In this document: piece after piece, positions 9,610 through 18,677 of the stretch
Layout: each line of letters opens with the position of its first letter
How positions within the stretch are numbered: the first letter of the stretch is position 1
Virus record (IMG/VR): IMGVR_UViG_3300005077_000001
Coordinates: 1 to 64,000 of that record
From: a virus
Lineage: Duplodnaviria > Caudoviricetes
DNA: 64,000 bases
Reading direction: 5' to 3' (one strand)
Position numbers and translations under genes: made by a program
The notes under the pieces: model-generated
What the model was told of the DNA's origin: nothing
The model's database searches: none
The model's input: only the letters and a program-made list of their open reading frames with translations

Positions 9610-9845
9610 TGGTTGGTGGAGGAATAATCCTTTCCATTATTCTTGCTTTTGGAGTAACAGCAAGGAGGAAACTGTGAAATCAACAGCTATTCTACTAAGT
9701 GTATTCTTTACAGTTTGGTGGTTTGGTAATGATACGATGCCGTTTGATAATGGCACAGCATGGGTTTCTAATTGTATCCAAACCACTTCCTTCGTGTAAT
9801 TATATATTTAATGATATAAAGGATCATATTAACAGGAGGTGTGGC

Positions 9846-9971
9846 ATGGTGCGTATTCTTAAGCTTAGAAAAAGGGAACAGAGAATCATAGCCAAAAACA
9901 TCGCCAGATGGAAGATTGAACAAGCCGACAGGGAGTTCCGAAAGGCAGTGGAAGAAAACAAAGTAGCATAG
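9846..9971 (+). CDS. Small basic protein (41 aa)
   Basis: AGGAGG RBS; MVRILKLRKREQR...; followed by a terminator. Confidence 0.55.
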   Translation: MVRILKLRKREQRIIAKNIARWKIEQADREFRKAVEENKVA

Positions 9972-9982
9972 TAGCTTCAATA

Positions 9983-10020
9983 GAGGGGCGAAAGCCCCTC
10001 ACACACATACTTTTTTTCAA
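9983..10020 (+). terminator. Hairpin terminator candidate
   Basis: GAGGGGC-GAAA-GCCCCTC with a T-run about 10 nt downstream. Confidence 0.6.
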
Positions 10021-10393
10021 GAAACCTTTGGGTAGTACCCTCTGCCCAATGGTTTTGTACTATAGGGTTAATCAAGACAGGAGGTACTTATGGATATAAT
10101 TACGCTACTATTAATCGCTATTGCTATTCTGAAAGGTATTGAATACCTTTTCGGAATCGAGATTTACATACAAGGGACTCGCCTTGTAATAGAATACGGA
10201 AAGGAAACAAAGCCATGACTAAAGAGGATGAACAGATGGTTGTTGATGAAGTGGTGAAAAAAGTCAAACCAATTCTACAAACATGGATTGATGCCCATAA
10301 GGAAGATGTGAAAAAACAAATCATATCTGAAATTATGGGTAAAAACCACGTCGCCAAAGTGATAATCATCTTATAGAAAAGAAGGAGTAACGG

Positions 10394-10837
10394 ATGTCTC
10401 AGCGAAGGATGATTGCTGACCATATTCATGTTTTAGCAAGGAAAGATACGGAGTTCTTGAAGGAGGAGATCGTGTCTTTTGCTAACGATCATTTTGGAAA
10501 AACATCTTCCGCATATGTAGTGCTCAGTACTTGTCGAAGAGTAGGGTCAATCAAACCTGTGAAAGGACACAAACTATACTTGCAGGTTATGGTTGATCCA
10601 AAACTTCCGCCCGACGAATTCTTCAAAAAGTTGTTGGGACTCAAGAATTCACCTCGACAGGCCGGTGCAACTACACTTGAGGATTTGAGATCTATTGTAA
10701 ATGATCTCAAGAAGAGTGTGGATGCACAAGCTCAAGAAATAAAGCTACTGAGACTCCAGACTACATCAACTCCGCAATCGTCTTTCATGGATTACAGAAC
10801 GCAAATGAGGTTTATGTCCCACCTTATACGTAGGTAA
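10394..10837 (+). CDS. Hypothetical protein with C-terminal coiled coil
   Basis: 147-aa ORF with AAGGAG RBS. Confidence 0.7.
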   Translation: MSQRRMIADHIHVLARKDTEFLKEEIVSFANDHFGKTSSAYVVLSTCRRVGSIKPVKGHKLYLQVMVDPKLPPDEFFKKLLGLKNSPRQAGATTLEDLRSIVNDLKKSVDAQAQEIKLLRLQTTSTPQSSFMDYRTQMRFMSHLIRR

Positions 10838-10909
10838 TAATTGGAATTTTGGGGTAGGATGGGAATAGCTAAACGTAGCGAGGACCTACCCCTTAGTTCT
10901 ATTTCTTGT

Positions 10910-10985
10910 GGGGTCATAACTCAGTTGGTAGAGTATCGCCCTTTTAAGGCGAGAGTCGAAGGTTCGAACCCTTCTGGCCCCACCA
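10910..10985 (+). tRNA. tRNA-Lys(TTT)
   Basis: GGGGTCA/TGGCCCC acceptor, CTTTTAA loop, CCA. Confidence 0.95.
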
Positions 10986-11009
10986 TATAACCAACCTTCT
11001 TCAATCAGT

Positions 11010-11355
11010 GGGGGCGAATTGGATTCGACGTGGGTAATTGAAGCTATTGTCTCGTGCAGGGTGTTGGACCCTATAACCAACAAAACCTCAAAAGAACTGA
11101 CGAAACTTTCGAGTACGCTGAAGCTGCGTAAGCTTCCACTCTTCTAATCTTTCCTACGGAGAGGAATGAGTGAGGTCAGTAGGATAGCTCGATCTCAGTG
11201 TCCAGAAGGGATTGGGTGAAATAGACAAGGACTGCATTCAAAGAAAGTGGTCGAGTCACGTTCTTTGGATAAAGACTAAACACTCGAATACGCACGTAAA
11301 AAGGACAATATGTGGAAGACTTGCGGACGTGGCTTCGACGCCACCGCCTCCACCA
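11010..11355 (+). ncRNA. ssrA: tmRNA; tag (A)DETFEYAEAA* at 11099-11131
   Basis: 5' GGGGGCG..GGATTCGAC; 3' T-arm GTGGC-TTCGAC-GCCAC and CGCCTCCACCA; G3:U70 Ala identity pair; tag ORF after AAGAACT ends AA-stop. Confidence 0.95.
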
Positions 11356-11386
11356 CCAATTCCTTCAAGCAATCATACATTTTTTA

Positions 11387-11517
11387 GAGTCTGGTTATAT
11401 ATGGCAGTTATATCCTGGCCTGCCTAAGTGAGAGATTCTCTCCACCAGACTCGGAGAGGGTGGAAAGAAATGATTGGCAACAATGAGAGGATTGTAGCTG
11501 ATCATTTCTTCCTCTCC
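11387..11517 (+). ncRNA. Two abutting structured elements downstream of the tmRNA
   Basis: GAGTCTGGT/ACCAGACTC three-way junction, then GGAGAGG/CCTCTCC plus AAGAAATGAT/ATCATTTCTT long hairpin. Confidence 0.55.
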
Positions 11518-11539
11518 AAACAAATAAGAAAGGAAACCA

Positions 11540-11785
11540 ATGCCTATAACTTTTGAATCCCCGTATTGGACAAAAGAAGGTGTATGCCTGAAGCATATGG
11601 GTTATGCACCCTGCATTGAATGTCTAGATTCGTACGATCAACATATTCACGCATCTTTAGACAAATATACCATTGAGATGCTTCGATGGGGTTTTGATGA
11701 TGAATACGTTGAGGATGCAATCGAAGATCTAAAACTATTTAACCACAAGCAAATATTGTTCAGAAAATTCACCATGTGCGAATAA
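11540..11785 (+). CDS. Hypothetical protein
   Basis: AAGGA RBS; 81 aa. Confidence 0.6.
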   Translation: MPITFESPYWTKEGVCLKHMGYAPCIECLDSYDQHIHASLDKYTIEMLRWGFDDEYVEDAIEDLKLFNHKQILFRKFTMCE

Positions 11786-11844
11786 TAATATATCTAAAGA
11801 AATACAGGTATATCAATACCTGTTATCACAAGCGGAGGTACAAC

Positions 11845-11991
11845 ATGACTAGAGCGTTTATCGGATGCCTTTTGGCATTGGTTGTTTGGTTCAAAGGGAA
11901 GTGGGCTTGGGATTGGATGAACAGTACTGCCCAAGCAATTCAAGAGGAATATGATTTCAAATTCCCTTGGCAAAAAAAGAAAAAGGCTTAA
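11845..11991 (+). CDS. Small membrane peptide (48 aa)
   Basis: GGAGG RBS; MTRAFIGCLLALVVWFKG. Confidence 0.6.
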   Translation: MTRAFIGCLLALVVWFKGKWAWDWMNSTAQAIQEEYDFKFPWQKKKKA

Positions 11992-12262
11992 GAAATTCCC
12001 AATTCATAGTATTTACCATATATACTATTAAGCAGTGAGCTTGGCAACCTTGCTGCTTTTTTTTGCTACATATCTTCAAGCATGAATAAATTGGCTCTTA
12101 TTCGCTTGGAGGGTATCACTGCCTTGTGAATTCGCCAACAACGAATACAGGGTTAAGTACCTAAATATGTAGCTTGAAGCATTTGGTATTCATCAAGCAA
12201 TTGATGTTGATGTTATTAATTGATACATAATACGCATCTAACTTTTCTGTAAGGAGTTTTAG

Positions 12263-12442
12263 ATGACCTGTCGAGCCTGTGGATCACTGAATATCCATAA
12301 CATCATTGAGGATATTTATGAATGTCAGGATTGTGGGTATCAGTGGGAGAAAAATAACAAGGAAGACGAATTGATTTGTTTACCTCTTGATATTTACCTC
12401 AAGTACAAGGAGAATGCTAAAGAACCATACATCATACGTTAA
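12263..12442 (+). CDS. Small zinc-ribbon protein (59 aa)
   Basis: AAGGAG RBS; CRACG...CQDCG. Confidence 0.6.
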   Translation: MTCRACGSLNIHNIIEDIYECQDCGYQWEKNNKEDELICLPLDIYLKYKENAKEPYIIR

Positions 12443-12510
12443 ATTGGTGTGCTATGCTTGCGCTATTTTTTTATTTAATGTATAATAGTATTTAAGAAAG
12501 GAGCTGCACA

Positions 12511-12756
12511 ATGAAACAGATAACAGCCAAAGATCTGTGTCAGGCGTTGGATAGGCGTGTACAAAACTCACCTATCACTAGCCTCAACCCATTATATATG
12601 GAACCGCCTTTGTCCTATTTCAGGATGAGGGCATGTAAGATCACAGAGCCAGTTGTAACTGCCAATAATCTTGGCATCTCAGACAAAGAACTCGCCACAT
12701 TCGTTGAGAAATTCCTCAATGAGAAACCAGACCCAGATCCTAAGTTCTGGGCCTGA
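12511..12756 (+). CDS. Hypothetical cassette protein
   Basis: AAGGAG RBS after the promoter motif. Confidence 0.65.
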   Translation: MKQITAKDLCQALDRRVQNSPITSLNPLYMEPPLSYFRMRACKITEPVVTANNLGISDKELATFVEKFLNEKPDPDPKFWA

Positions 12757-12901
12757 ACACGTTGTTTAATGTAGGTTTGCACATGGAAACCGCGAGAACG
12801 GTTTTCTTTTTATTATAATATTATATTCTTAATATATTTAATGATGTATAGGATAACGTGTATGCGTTAGTCCTGTAAAGACTTTACAAAAGGAGACAGT
12901 C

Positions 12902-13072
12902 ATGGCTGAACTTACACCGGAAGAAAAAGCAGCAAAAGCAAGAAAGAAGGAATCCGCAAAGCAATTTGGAAAGGTTGTTGCAGGAACAACTCTCGGCTCG
13001 TTGATTGCTGCGGGATTGATCTTCATCGGCAAGATGGTGATCGGCTGGTTTACCAGATCCGCCGCCGCTTAA
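12902..13072 (+). CDS. Small membrane protein (56 aa) ending RSAAA
   Basis: AAGGAG RBS; MAELTPEEKAAKARKKESAKQFGKVVAGTTLGSLIAAGLIFIGKMVIGWFTRSAAA. Confidence 0.7.
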   Translation: MAELTPEEKAAKARKKESAKQFGKVVAGTTLGSLIAAGLIFIGKMVIGWFTRSAAA

Positions 13073-13374
13073 GCGATGTACCGGCATGGTGGGGGTAGGT
13101 AGATAGTAACCAAAATACCTACTCCCGCCTATCTTAATTATCTTAATATGGAAGTAAATAAGCCGCACGAGCGGCTTAATATTAACTATGCACATAAATA
13201 CGAAAAAAGGAGGCTACCGTTGGTATGGGTATGGTTAATGGCTAACTCAACGTTAGCTGCTCACAGTAAAGAAGCTGACCTGGATTTGTTCATTTCTCCA
13301 GGTCAATGGATTGGCAATCCCGAAGATCTTCATCATCTTTGGAAATTCTGTACAAAGATATAAGGAGGTTATTC

Positions 13375-13797
13375 ATGTTTGAATTGGAACGATCTACCAT
13401 AGAGGTATTATACTCTTATGGACCAAAAAACAATGTTGCTGCAAGTCCTAAAGAGATGATATTGCCTATCATTGAGGCTATGCAGTCTCAAATCAAAAGT
13501 GGCATCGCACAATACAACACCAAAGAAGCAATGCTTTCATTAAAGAAAGTTATTTGCGCCCCGGTGTCTGAATCCTGGAATCCTCGGCTATCTATTGAAG
13601 AAGCCTTGTGGAAAAGTCGAAACATCAAACCATACGAAAGCTATGTTTACATGGAAAACTATCTCATGGAACATTATAGCCAGAGTATGGACATTCAGCC
13701 AGACGAGGATTTGTTCCTCATTGGTAATTTCTTTGACAGTTTTCTGTATTTGGTCTCTAGGAGCATGGATTCAGTGTGGAGAATACCAAACCGATGA
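13375..13797 (+). CDS. Hypothetical protein
   Basis: AAGGAGG RBS before ATG at 13375. Confidence 0.65.
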   Translation: MFELERSTIEVLYSYGPKNNVAASPKEMILPIIEAMQSQIKSGIAQYNTKEAMLSLKKVICAPVSESWNPRLSIEEALWKSRNIKPYESYVYMENYLMEHYSQSMDIQPDEDLFLIGNFFDSFLYLVSRSMDSVWRIPNR

Positions 13798-13903
13798 TTA
13801 ATCCCTACTTTTTAGAGAGATACCTGCGGTTTCTCTCTTACATGTGTGCGTAAATAATATATATAATGTAATATAGTATTAAATTAAAACAAAGGAGATC
13901 AGA

Positions 13904-14155
13904 ATGGTAAGAAACCATGACATTCAAAGTGAGGTAATAATAGTCGGTGGTGCAGATGCAAGCATCATTGTTTTGTGTGATGATCCTAAAATTGGATTCA
14001 TTGCATTGAACGGGGAAAGAGGAAATTCCACTGTGCGCCTTAGAATAGGTGACTTTGTGGATTACTCAATTATGGGCGTAAAGTGGAGTGGAAGATTCAC
14101 AGGAGATGTGACTCCTGGAGGTAGTGCAATCTTCGAAAGGAGTGTTCATGATTGA
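13904..14155 (+). CDS. Hypothetical protein
   Basis: AAGGAG RBS after the promoter motif. Confidence 0.65.
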   Translation: MVRNHDIQSEVIIVGGADASIIVLCDDPKIGFIALNGERGNSTVRLRIGDFVDYSIMGVKWSGRFTGDVTPGGSAIFERSVHD

Positions 14156-14687
14156 AGAAGCCCGCTCTTTGGCAATGCAGCTGCACGCCAAGCAGATCAG
14201 AAAATCCAACGGGTTGCCTTATGTGACCCATCTGGAGGAGGTAGCCAATATCGTTGCCAATTACAAAGGCAGTGATATAGCTATTGCTGCTGCGTGGTTG
14301 CACGACAGTATTGAAGATCAGCAGGTGGATGAATCGCTCATTCACCCCGCTGTCTTGTCTGTTGTTAAGGAACTTTCCGAGGAAAAGAGTCTTTCTTGGG
14401 AAGTTCGTAAGAAGAAGGCAGTTGATGATATTGCCCTTCTGTCTGCTGATGCCTTATTGGTTAAAGCAGCAGATGTTCTCTCCAACCTGCGTGGGATCAT
14501 GAGAGATAGCTATAAGAATCCAGAGTTCTGGAAGCCGTTCAAGAGGGGAAGAAGACAAACGATAGGCTTCTATACCTCTTGTGTTCTTGCCATTGAACGA
14601 CAAGGGTGGAAGGGTTATATAGCTATTCCGTTGTGTTTGGAACTCGACAACATGCTCACGTTGATTAGTCATCATGACTTTTCGTGA
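14148..14687 (+). CDS. HD-domain hydrolase, RelA/SpoT hydrolase (Mesh1/SAH)-like
   Basis: H..Q.RK....PYVTHLEEVA, AAWLHDSIED, V.ELSE, VKAAD.LSNL. Confidence 0.88.
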   Translation: MIEEARSLAMQLHAKQIRKSNGLPYVTHLEEVANIVANYKGSDIAIAAAWLHDSIEDQQVDESLIHPAVLSVVKELSEEKSLSWEVRKKKAVDDIALLSADALLVKAADVLSNLRGIMRDSYKNPEFWKPFKRGRRQTIGFYTSCVLAIERQGWKGYIAIPLCLELDNMLTLISHHDFS

Positions 14688-14894
14688 GCAATTACCGTTG
14701 TAGAGAAGACCACTCGGTCTTCTTTACATACGGGCACGTACATAAATGGGAGAGGAATGTATGCAGTTGTACAAGCCATAACGTACGACAATCTCATAAT
14801 AACCAATCCCTAGTGGATGTGGATGAAGAATAACTGCAAGTAATTGCGGTTTTCTTCAACGCATACATAATAAAATATATTTAAGGAATTATAG

Positions 14895-15245
14895 GGAAGA
14901 TTGACTGAATTAACAGGTGGCGTGCTTAATGGATTCGCCAGTACCATTAAGACGAAGGTATGAAGTAGAACCGGGCGACTACACTGGTCTAAACCTATAT
15001 ACCCACAATGCTGCACCTTTTGCCGCCCAGAAGGTGTAAGAGTCTTCCCAACTGGAATAGGGAGCTTTGAGGTGAAGCACCTGAAAGAATGGTAGCCCAA
15101 CGGTTTTGTCCACAACAAAGTGCGGGGCAGGAAAAGAAAGAAAAGTAGATTGTGGGCTCTACTTGCCTAGTCCTCCAACTCCTGAATTAAACTACCTAGG
15201 GGAGACTAGGAAACCTCACCACAAGAAAAGCTGCTTAGGCGGTTT
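14895..15245 (+). ncRNA. Candidate multi-pseudoknot ncRNA (about 340 nt) between a promoter motif and a hairpin
   Basis: Stems 14925-32/14944-51, 15014-19/15031-36, 15143-48/15159-64; loops complementary to 14918-22, 14973-77 and 15002-09 respectively. Confidence 0.7.
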
Positions 15246-15370
15246 TTCTTATACGCACACATCAGTTTTAAACAAAAAAGAAACCGCTATTGCCAATGCT
15301 TGATTGCTCACGGCATGGCGGTTTTCTTTCATATGTGTGTATTTAATTTAATGTACAATAGGAGGTAAAC

Positions 15371-15766
15371 ATGAATCCCTTATATCACGGCTCATTAAAG
15401 GCGTTAGATGTAGTTAAGCCTTTCCCTTCTAACTTAACAAACAACATACCTGTAGTCTTTGCTACTCCAATTTGGATTATTGCATTGATTATGGGTACAG
15501 GGTGGAAGGATAACAATATTAACTGTGGCTATGTGAACGGGGCTCTCACCGTAACAGAAGTCACAAAAGATGCGTTTGAAAGATTCTTTCATAGACAAAC
15601 GTATGTTTACACATTTGACTATGATGAGTCTTTATGGTACCACCACCATAACTTATGGGCATGTGAGTTTGTATCTTATCAAGAACAGATTCCTATTCAT
15701 ATTCAGACTGTAGAAGATCCATTTGTGCATATACAAGAACATGCACATTTGGTATACTACAAATAG
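15371..15766 (+). CDS. Hypothetical cassette protein
   Basis: GGAGG RBS; 131 aa. Confidence 0.7.
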   Translation: MNPLYHGSLKALDVVKPFPSNLTNNIPVVFATPIWIIALIMGTGWKDNNINCGYVNGALTVTEVTKDAFERFFHRQTYVYTFDYDESLWYHHHNLWACEFVSYQEQIPIHIQTVEDPFVHIQEHAHLVYYK

Positions 15767-15849
15767 GAAGCTGCGGCTTCCTTTATACACGTACATGTAA
15801 TTATTTATATATATAATGTACAATAGAATAAAAAAGAAAGGAGAATAGT

Positions 15850-16059
15850 ATGATAACCAGAGTGGGAGAACTCCCCACGTATGACCCCTTGACAGGGGAG
15901 CGTCTGTATCTTTCTATCCATTCAGACGGGAGCGTCATCATTGAGTGGGTAGATAAGGATGGCGAAGTCACATTCGCCAAACTGATAAAAACCATGGACG
16001 AGCTGCATAAGGCAATTCGTGCTTTTGGTTTCAACCCTCCTCCACGAAAGGAGAGATGA
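15850..16059 (+). CDS. Hypothetical cassette protein
   Basis: AAGGAG RBS. Confidence 0.6.
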   Translation: MITRVGELPTYDPLTGERLYLSIHSDGSVIIEWVDKDGEVTFAKLIKTMDELHKAIRAFGFNPPPRKER

Positions 16060-16265
16060 ATGCACTGGATAAAGTTCCAGGCAACGAATTTCGAGATACG
16101 AGAGTTCTTGGGAACATGTTGCCCCGAACTTTACAGCTCGGAGATGTCAGTGTTCCTAAGAAAGGGCAAGAGAGGCCAGTCCCCTACTCTCCTTCTCGAC
16201 GGTGGATCAAAGCTGACTGCCAAGGGTGGCGGTTGGTACAGGATCAGCACATACAGTGCGTTTGA
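16056..16265 (+). CDS. Hypothetical protein
   Basis: AAGGAG RBS; ATGA overlap with the upstream gene. Confidence 0.5.
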   Translation: MNALDKVPGNEFRDTRVLGNMLPRTLQLGDVSVPKKGQERPVPYSPSRRWIKADCQGWRLVQDQHIQCV

Positions 16266-16530
16266 GAATGACATTCCTTTCTGCATTCCGGGTAAAATAG
16301 GAAGTGCGTCATTCTAGTTAATGAAGAAACTGCAAGCAATTGCGGTTTCTCTCAACCGATTCATATACCGATATATTCCGATATGTGTATGCATACGCAT
16401 GGGAATAAAGATTTAACTATCTGTATTTATTGATAAACCGACTTCCCCGCCCCCAAATAAAAAAGGTTATCGTGTGTAGTATATATCTAATGTTATATAG
16501 TATTAACATAGAAACAAGAAAGGAGAAGTC

Positions 16531-16866
16531 ATGCTTACATGTAGAGTAGAAACTGATCTAGATGCAGGATGTATGAGGGTAACCGATCTACATACGAGAG
16601 TAGAAGTAGGTAGATGCTATATTTCATGGCATCCTGATTATACTATTATCTCGTATATAGAGGTAGCAGAGTATGCCCGTAGAAGAGGAGTTGGGGCATT
16701 TATACTTGATTTCATCCAAAAGGAAAACAAGAAGACACTTATATTAGGAACTCAATCAATGAATGTTCAAGCAAGAGCATTTTATAAAGCAATTGGATTT
16801 AAAGAAGTACAACGAGTAAGGATAGACCCAGGAAGTTTAATGTTGGAAAGACTTTGTTCTATCTAA
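16531..16866 (+). CDS. GNAT-family acetyltransferase
   Basis: IEVAEYARRRGVGAFIL (motif A), NVQARAFYKAIGF (motif B). Confidence 0.85.
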   Translation: MLTCRVETDLDAGCMRVTDLHTRVEVGRCYISWHPDYTIISYIEVAEYARRRGVGAFILDFIQKENKKTLILGTQSMNVQARAFYKAIGFKEVQRVRIDPGSLMLERLCSI

Positions 16867-16899
16867 AGGAGACTGCGGTTTCCTTTTTTACATTTACAA

Positions 16900-17400
16900 T
16901 TGTTTATAGGAATAGATTTATTAATTATTACTAATAGACAGATATAGGTTTTATATTATTATGAATGTAGGGAAATTCCTATATTTATGGGTATAGATTT
17001 ATTAATTATTTTATAAGGATAGATACACATTTATATTATTATAGGTATAGAGCAATTAATAATAAATTTTGTGGTTTTAGGTCTTTGTAAATAGGTGTTA
17101 TTATTTATAAAGATGGGGAGGTATAATGATATAAACAATTAAATTTATGTTATTATAATGGTATGCATTTATTTACAAAGGTAAGATGTATAAGTATTTA
17201 TATTCATTTACTATATGAATAGACTTGCGCATTTATAAGTAAGGGTTTTTATAGCTACTTTTTAATTAATAAATGCTAATGTAATTAAATAGATAGATAC
17301 AAATTTATATTGTTATAAGTATATGTTATTATTAATTTATTAATGTTATCCTAAAGGTGCTTTTTTATCTCTCTCGCCGTTTGTGCCTTCATTCTTTTAT
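16900..17400. other. Very AT-rich non-coding tract, possible origin or terminus region
   Basis: No ORF of 60 aa or more; repeated ATAGATTTATTAATTATT (about 16912 and 16995). Confidence 0.4.
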
Positions 17401-17427
17401 TTATTTTTATTTATATTTGATGAATAA

Positions 17428-17556
17428 TGGGTATGGTCACGGATCTAAATGGGTGTCTCAAAGGAAGAGGCACCAGTGATAGGATAACGTGGCTAATAAT
17501 CTGCTGCCACACTGTCTAAGGTCAGAGACCTGGCAGATACTCTGGCACCATACCCA
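17428..17556 (+). ncRNA. Candidate multi-stem ncRNA (129 nt)
   Basis: Closing helix TGGGTATGGT/ACCATACCCA enclosing three hairpins; GC island within AT-rich DNA. Confidence 0.6.
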
Positions 17557-17677
17557 CTCAAAAACCCTTGGCGGTTTTTATTTCCCGCATTTATATGATT
17601 AAATACGTATTCTTCCATAATTGGATACTTATGTACTTTTTGTTCCCCACGTAGTCAAAACCACCCTTTTTTATCGT

Positions 17678-17862
17678 ACCTAATAATTTCATATACTTAT
17701 ACATTTGTGTATGCTTTTATAATTACATTTTTGTTCTAGCCTATATACAAAAATGACCTTAAATGCACCCACCTAATAATTTCATATACTTACGTAAACC
17801 AACCTATAATTATATAATCCTTTTTTGTTCTCCTCTATATACGAAAATGACCTAAAATATCT
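17678..17862. repeat. Imperfect tandem repeat, two units of about 93 bp
   Basis: ACCTAATAATTTCATATACTTA at 17678 and 17771; TATACRAAAATGACCT in both units. Confidence 0.75.
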
Positions 17863-17969
17863 ACGAATTTATTTATATAGTCATTATACCTATTAAATTG
17901 GTATTCCTTAATACCTATGTATCTATTTAATTAAGGTGTTGCTTATAGTAAAGAAAGGAGAAGGTTGAT

Positions 17970-18611
17970 ATGAAGGAAAAGAGAATATTTACTAGTAGGT
18001 TAAAATATATAAAGGTAAAGGAATTTATTTTATGCGGATTTGATGTGATTGAGTTATGTGATTATTTTCATATTTATAATAACAAAAGAACAAATTTCAT
18101 TAGCTTTAGTAATAAGATATTACACTTTGATAAAGAATTTAATAATTGTGATGTTTGTGATAAAAAACTTCCCTCTACTTGTTTTGATATAGATAAAAAA
18201 ACAAATATATTAAAAACCATTTGTAAATTATGCTTATTTAAACAGCAAGTAATCACTCAAAATTATAAACTAAGAACTAAAGCACAGTTACTTAAAGAAA
18301 AGGCAATTCAATATAAAGGAGGAAAATGTGAACTTTGTGACTGTAAAACACAGATACTGTCTTCTTATGATTTCCATCATTTAAATCCTTCAGAAAAAGA
18401 TTTTAATATATCTACTGCTTTAGCACAAACTAATGACTTAGAAAAAATAAAACCTGAATTAGATAAATGTATACTACTATGTGGTAATTGTCATAGGTTT
18501 ATTCATTCTATTGAATATGAGAACTTATTAGTTGGAGCAATGAATCAATCAATTAAAATAACACCTTCTAAGAAACAATTCAAAAAGTTATTAAGTAAAT
18601 CTTTACAATAA
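17970..18611 (+). CDS. Zn-binding HNH-type endonuclease
   Basis: GGKCELC, YDFHH..PSEKDF, ELDKCILLCGNCHRFIH. Confidence 0.85.
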   Translation: MKEKRIFTSRLKYIKVKEFILCGFDVIELCDYFHIYNNKRTNFISFSNKILHFDKEFNNCDVCDKKLPSTCFDIDKKTNILKTICKLCLFKQQVITQNYKLRTKAQLLKEKAIQYKGGKCELCDCKTQILSSYDFHHLNPSEKDFNISTALAQTNDLEKIKPELDKCILLCGNCHRFIHSIEYENLLVGAMNQSIKITPSKKQFKKLLSKSLQ

Positions 18612-18677
18612 ATTTTTATTTATAGCGCGCGCCATTTATATATTTAATATGAGATTATAAAGGAAAAGGAGGGGTGA

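Noticed and set aside
10886-11427. ORFs 10886..11083 and 11212..11427
   Set aside because: They are shadows of tRNA-Lys and the tmRNA
14895-15245. Group I intron
   Set aside because: GACTAC and TAGTCC resemble P7 strands, but there are no flanking exons, no clear P4-P6, and TAGTC pairs better locally with GACTAGG
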